DNA from: the human T2T-CHM13v2.0 reference genome, Homo sapiens | Direction: 5' to 3' (one strand) | NCBI RefSeq assembly: GCF_009914755.1 | Contig: NC_060925.1 | Length of the DNA stretch: 64,000 bases | Shown: in pieces, positions 61,214 to 64,000 of the stretch | Position numbering within the stretch: the first letter of the stretch is position 1 | Layout: each line of letters starts with the position of its first letter | Made by a program: the position numbers and the translations under genes | The notes under the pieces: generated by a model | Databases searched by the model: none | Told to the model about the DNA's origin: nothing | What the model saw: only the letters and a program-made list of their open reading frames with translations

Positions 61214-61392
61214 CAGAGTTTCTCAAGCTCAGCACTCCTGATATTTTGGACCAGGTAATTCTTTGTCATGGAGGGAAATGTCCTGAGCACTGTAAGGTGT
61301 TTAACAGTATCACTGACCCATACTCACCAGACGTCAGTAGCATCACTCCCCTCCCCCAACTAAAAATGTTTGCAGACCACTGAAAGCCACCG
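61214..61392. mobile_element. MER20 (hAT-Charlie)
   Basis: cagagtttctcaagctcagcactcctgatattttggaccaggtaattctttg...cactgtaaggtgtttaacag. Confidence 0.75.
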
Positions 61393-62057
61393 ATTATATA
61401 AATCTTATTTCTCTGACAATAAATGTTCATTTGCTATGAGACTTCAAAACTAGGAGAGCTTAAAGCAAACAATAGGCTAGTCCACTCATATTTCAAGCCT
61501 GGGAGGCGAGAAGGGCTTCCTAGACAAATATGAAACTTGAGATTTATCCGCCTCTGCATGGGAACATTGCACTTGAGGAGAAATGAAACCATCCTTAATG
61601 GAAGCTTCAGCATTTGGATGCCCCAGGAGATGGAATAAGAACTCTCTGAAGTGACTTTCAAAAAAAGAAAAGAAAGAAACATGATACTCAGAGAAAGTAT
61701 AATGAACCAAAAAATGGCTATTCAAAACAGTTCAACCCAAACCCTTCACAATTACACCAAAAATTACAGGCATCTTGACTGGATACAAAAATTACTTTGG
61801 TGCCTCATGATTGAACCCCTAAAATTTCATGTTCTATTACTACCAAAGGACACCCTGAAAAATTAAAAATTGGCAAAAATTCATTATCACTGACTTTGCT
61901 TTTACCCTCTTGACTTTTTCAGGGGATAAAGACCAACTTAGTTTCTTGATTAACCAATTCTTCCTAATACCTTAGAACAGCACCTGTGAAGCACAGATTT
62001 ATTTATACACTATGTATAAATCTACTTCTTATGAATGGCTTTAAAAATAAAGATGCT

Positions 62058-63648
<1,591 letters not shown>

Positions 63649-64000
63649 AAAATAAAGATGCTATAAAAATGAGAGACCTACAACCAGACTTTCAGAAGGT
63701 AAGCAAATACACTGATCCAAATCTTTCTTCCCAGTAGGCTCTGATTGATCACTTGAACATTATACTTAATTGAATCATGTGCCTTTAAGTCACAGTGGAA
63801 TCTGGATCTGTGAAAATTAGCCTCGTAAATTTCCATAAGCTGGAGGCCTGCTGAGGAAAGGCTCTAGAGCCCCCAGTCCATGACTGCAGGGGCAATGACA
63901 GAGTTATTTTTTCTCTAACACACAGTATTCAAGTTATGCCTCCCTTCCTTCTTTCCTCTAAAAGGGAATACTTTGATCAAATGTTCTACTTTTTCCTTCT

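Overview
Human genomic DNA, recognised from memory as 1p34.3, with two convergent genes about 11.5 kb apart. On + are the last three coding exons and ~2.3 kb 3'UTR of ZMYM4 (C-terminal DUF3504 domain). On - are the last 17 coding exons of KIAA0319L/AAVR, the AAV receptor (exons 5-21 if the gene has 21). They encode PKD1-5, a membrane-proximal region, an EGF-like Cys module, the TM helix and the tail. All exons have GT-AG boundaries and the frames join without a break. The rest is repeat-rich: >35 Alus, an intact two-LTR THE1A element, an L1MA 3' fragment, MER1B, MER5, MER20, MADE1, MIR and L2. The most unusual object is a near full-length Y5 RNA copy fused to a full-length Alu inside one target-site duplication (~12565-12960), apparently a Y-RNA/Alu chimeric retrocopy. 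Other notable items: a young AluYg6, a strand-flipped DUX4 motif in the THE1 5' LTR, a (GGAA)12 tract, and candidate poison exons around the PKD2 exons. Most ORFs in the track are repeat-derived noise. Gene and repeat names come from recalled consensus sequences, not database searches.
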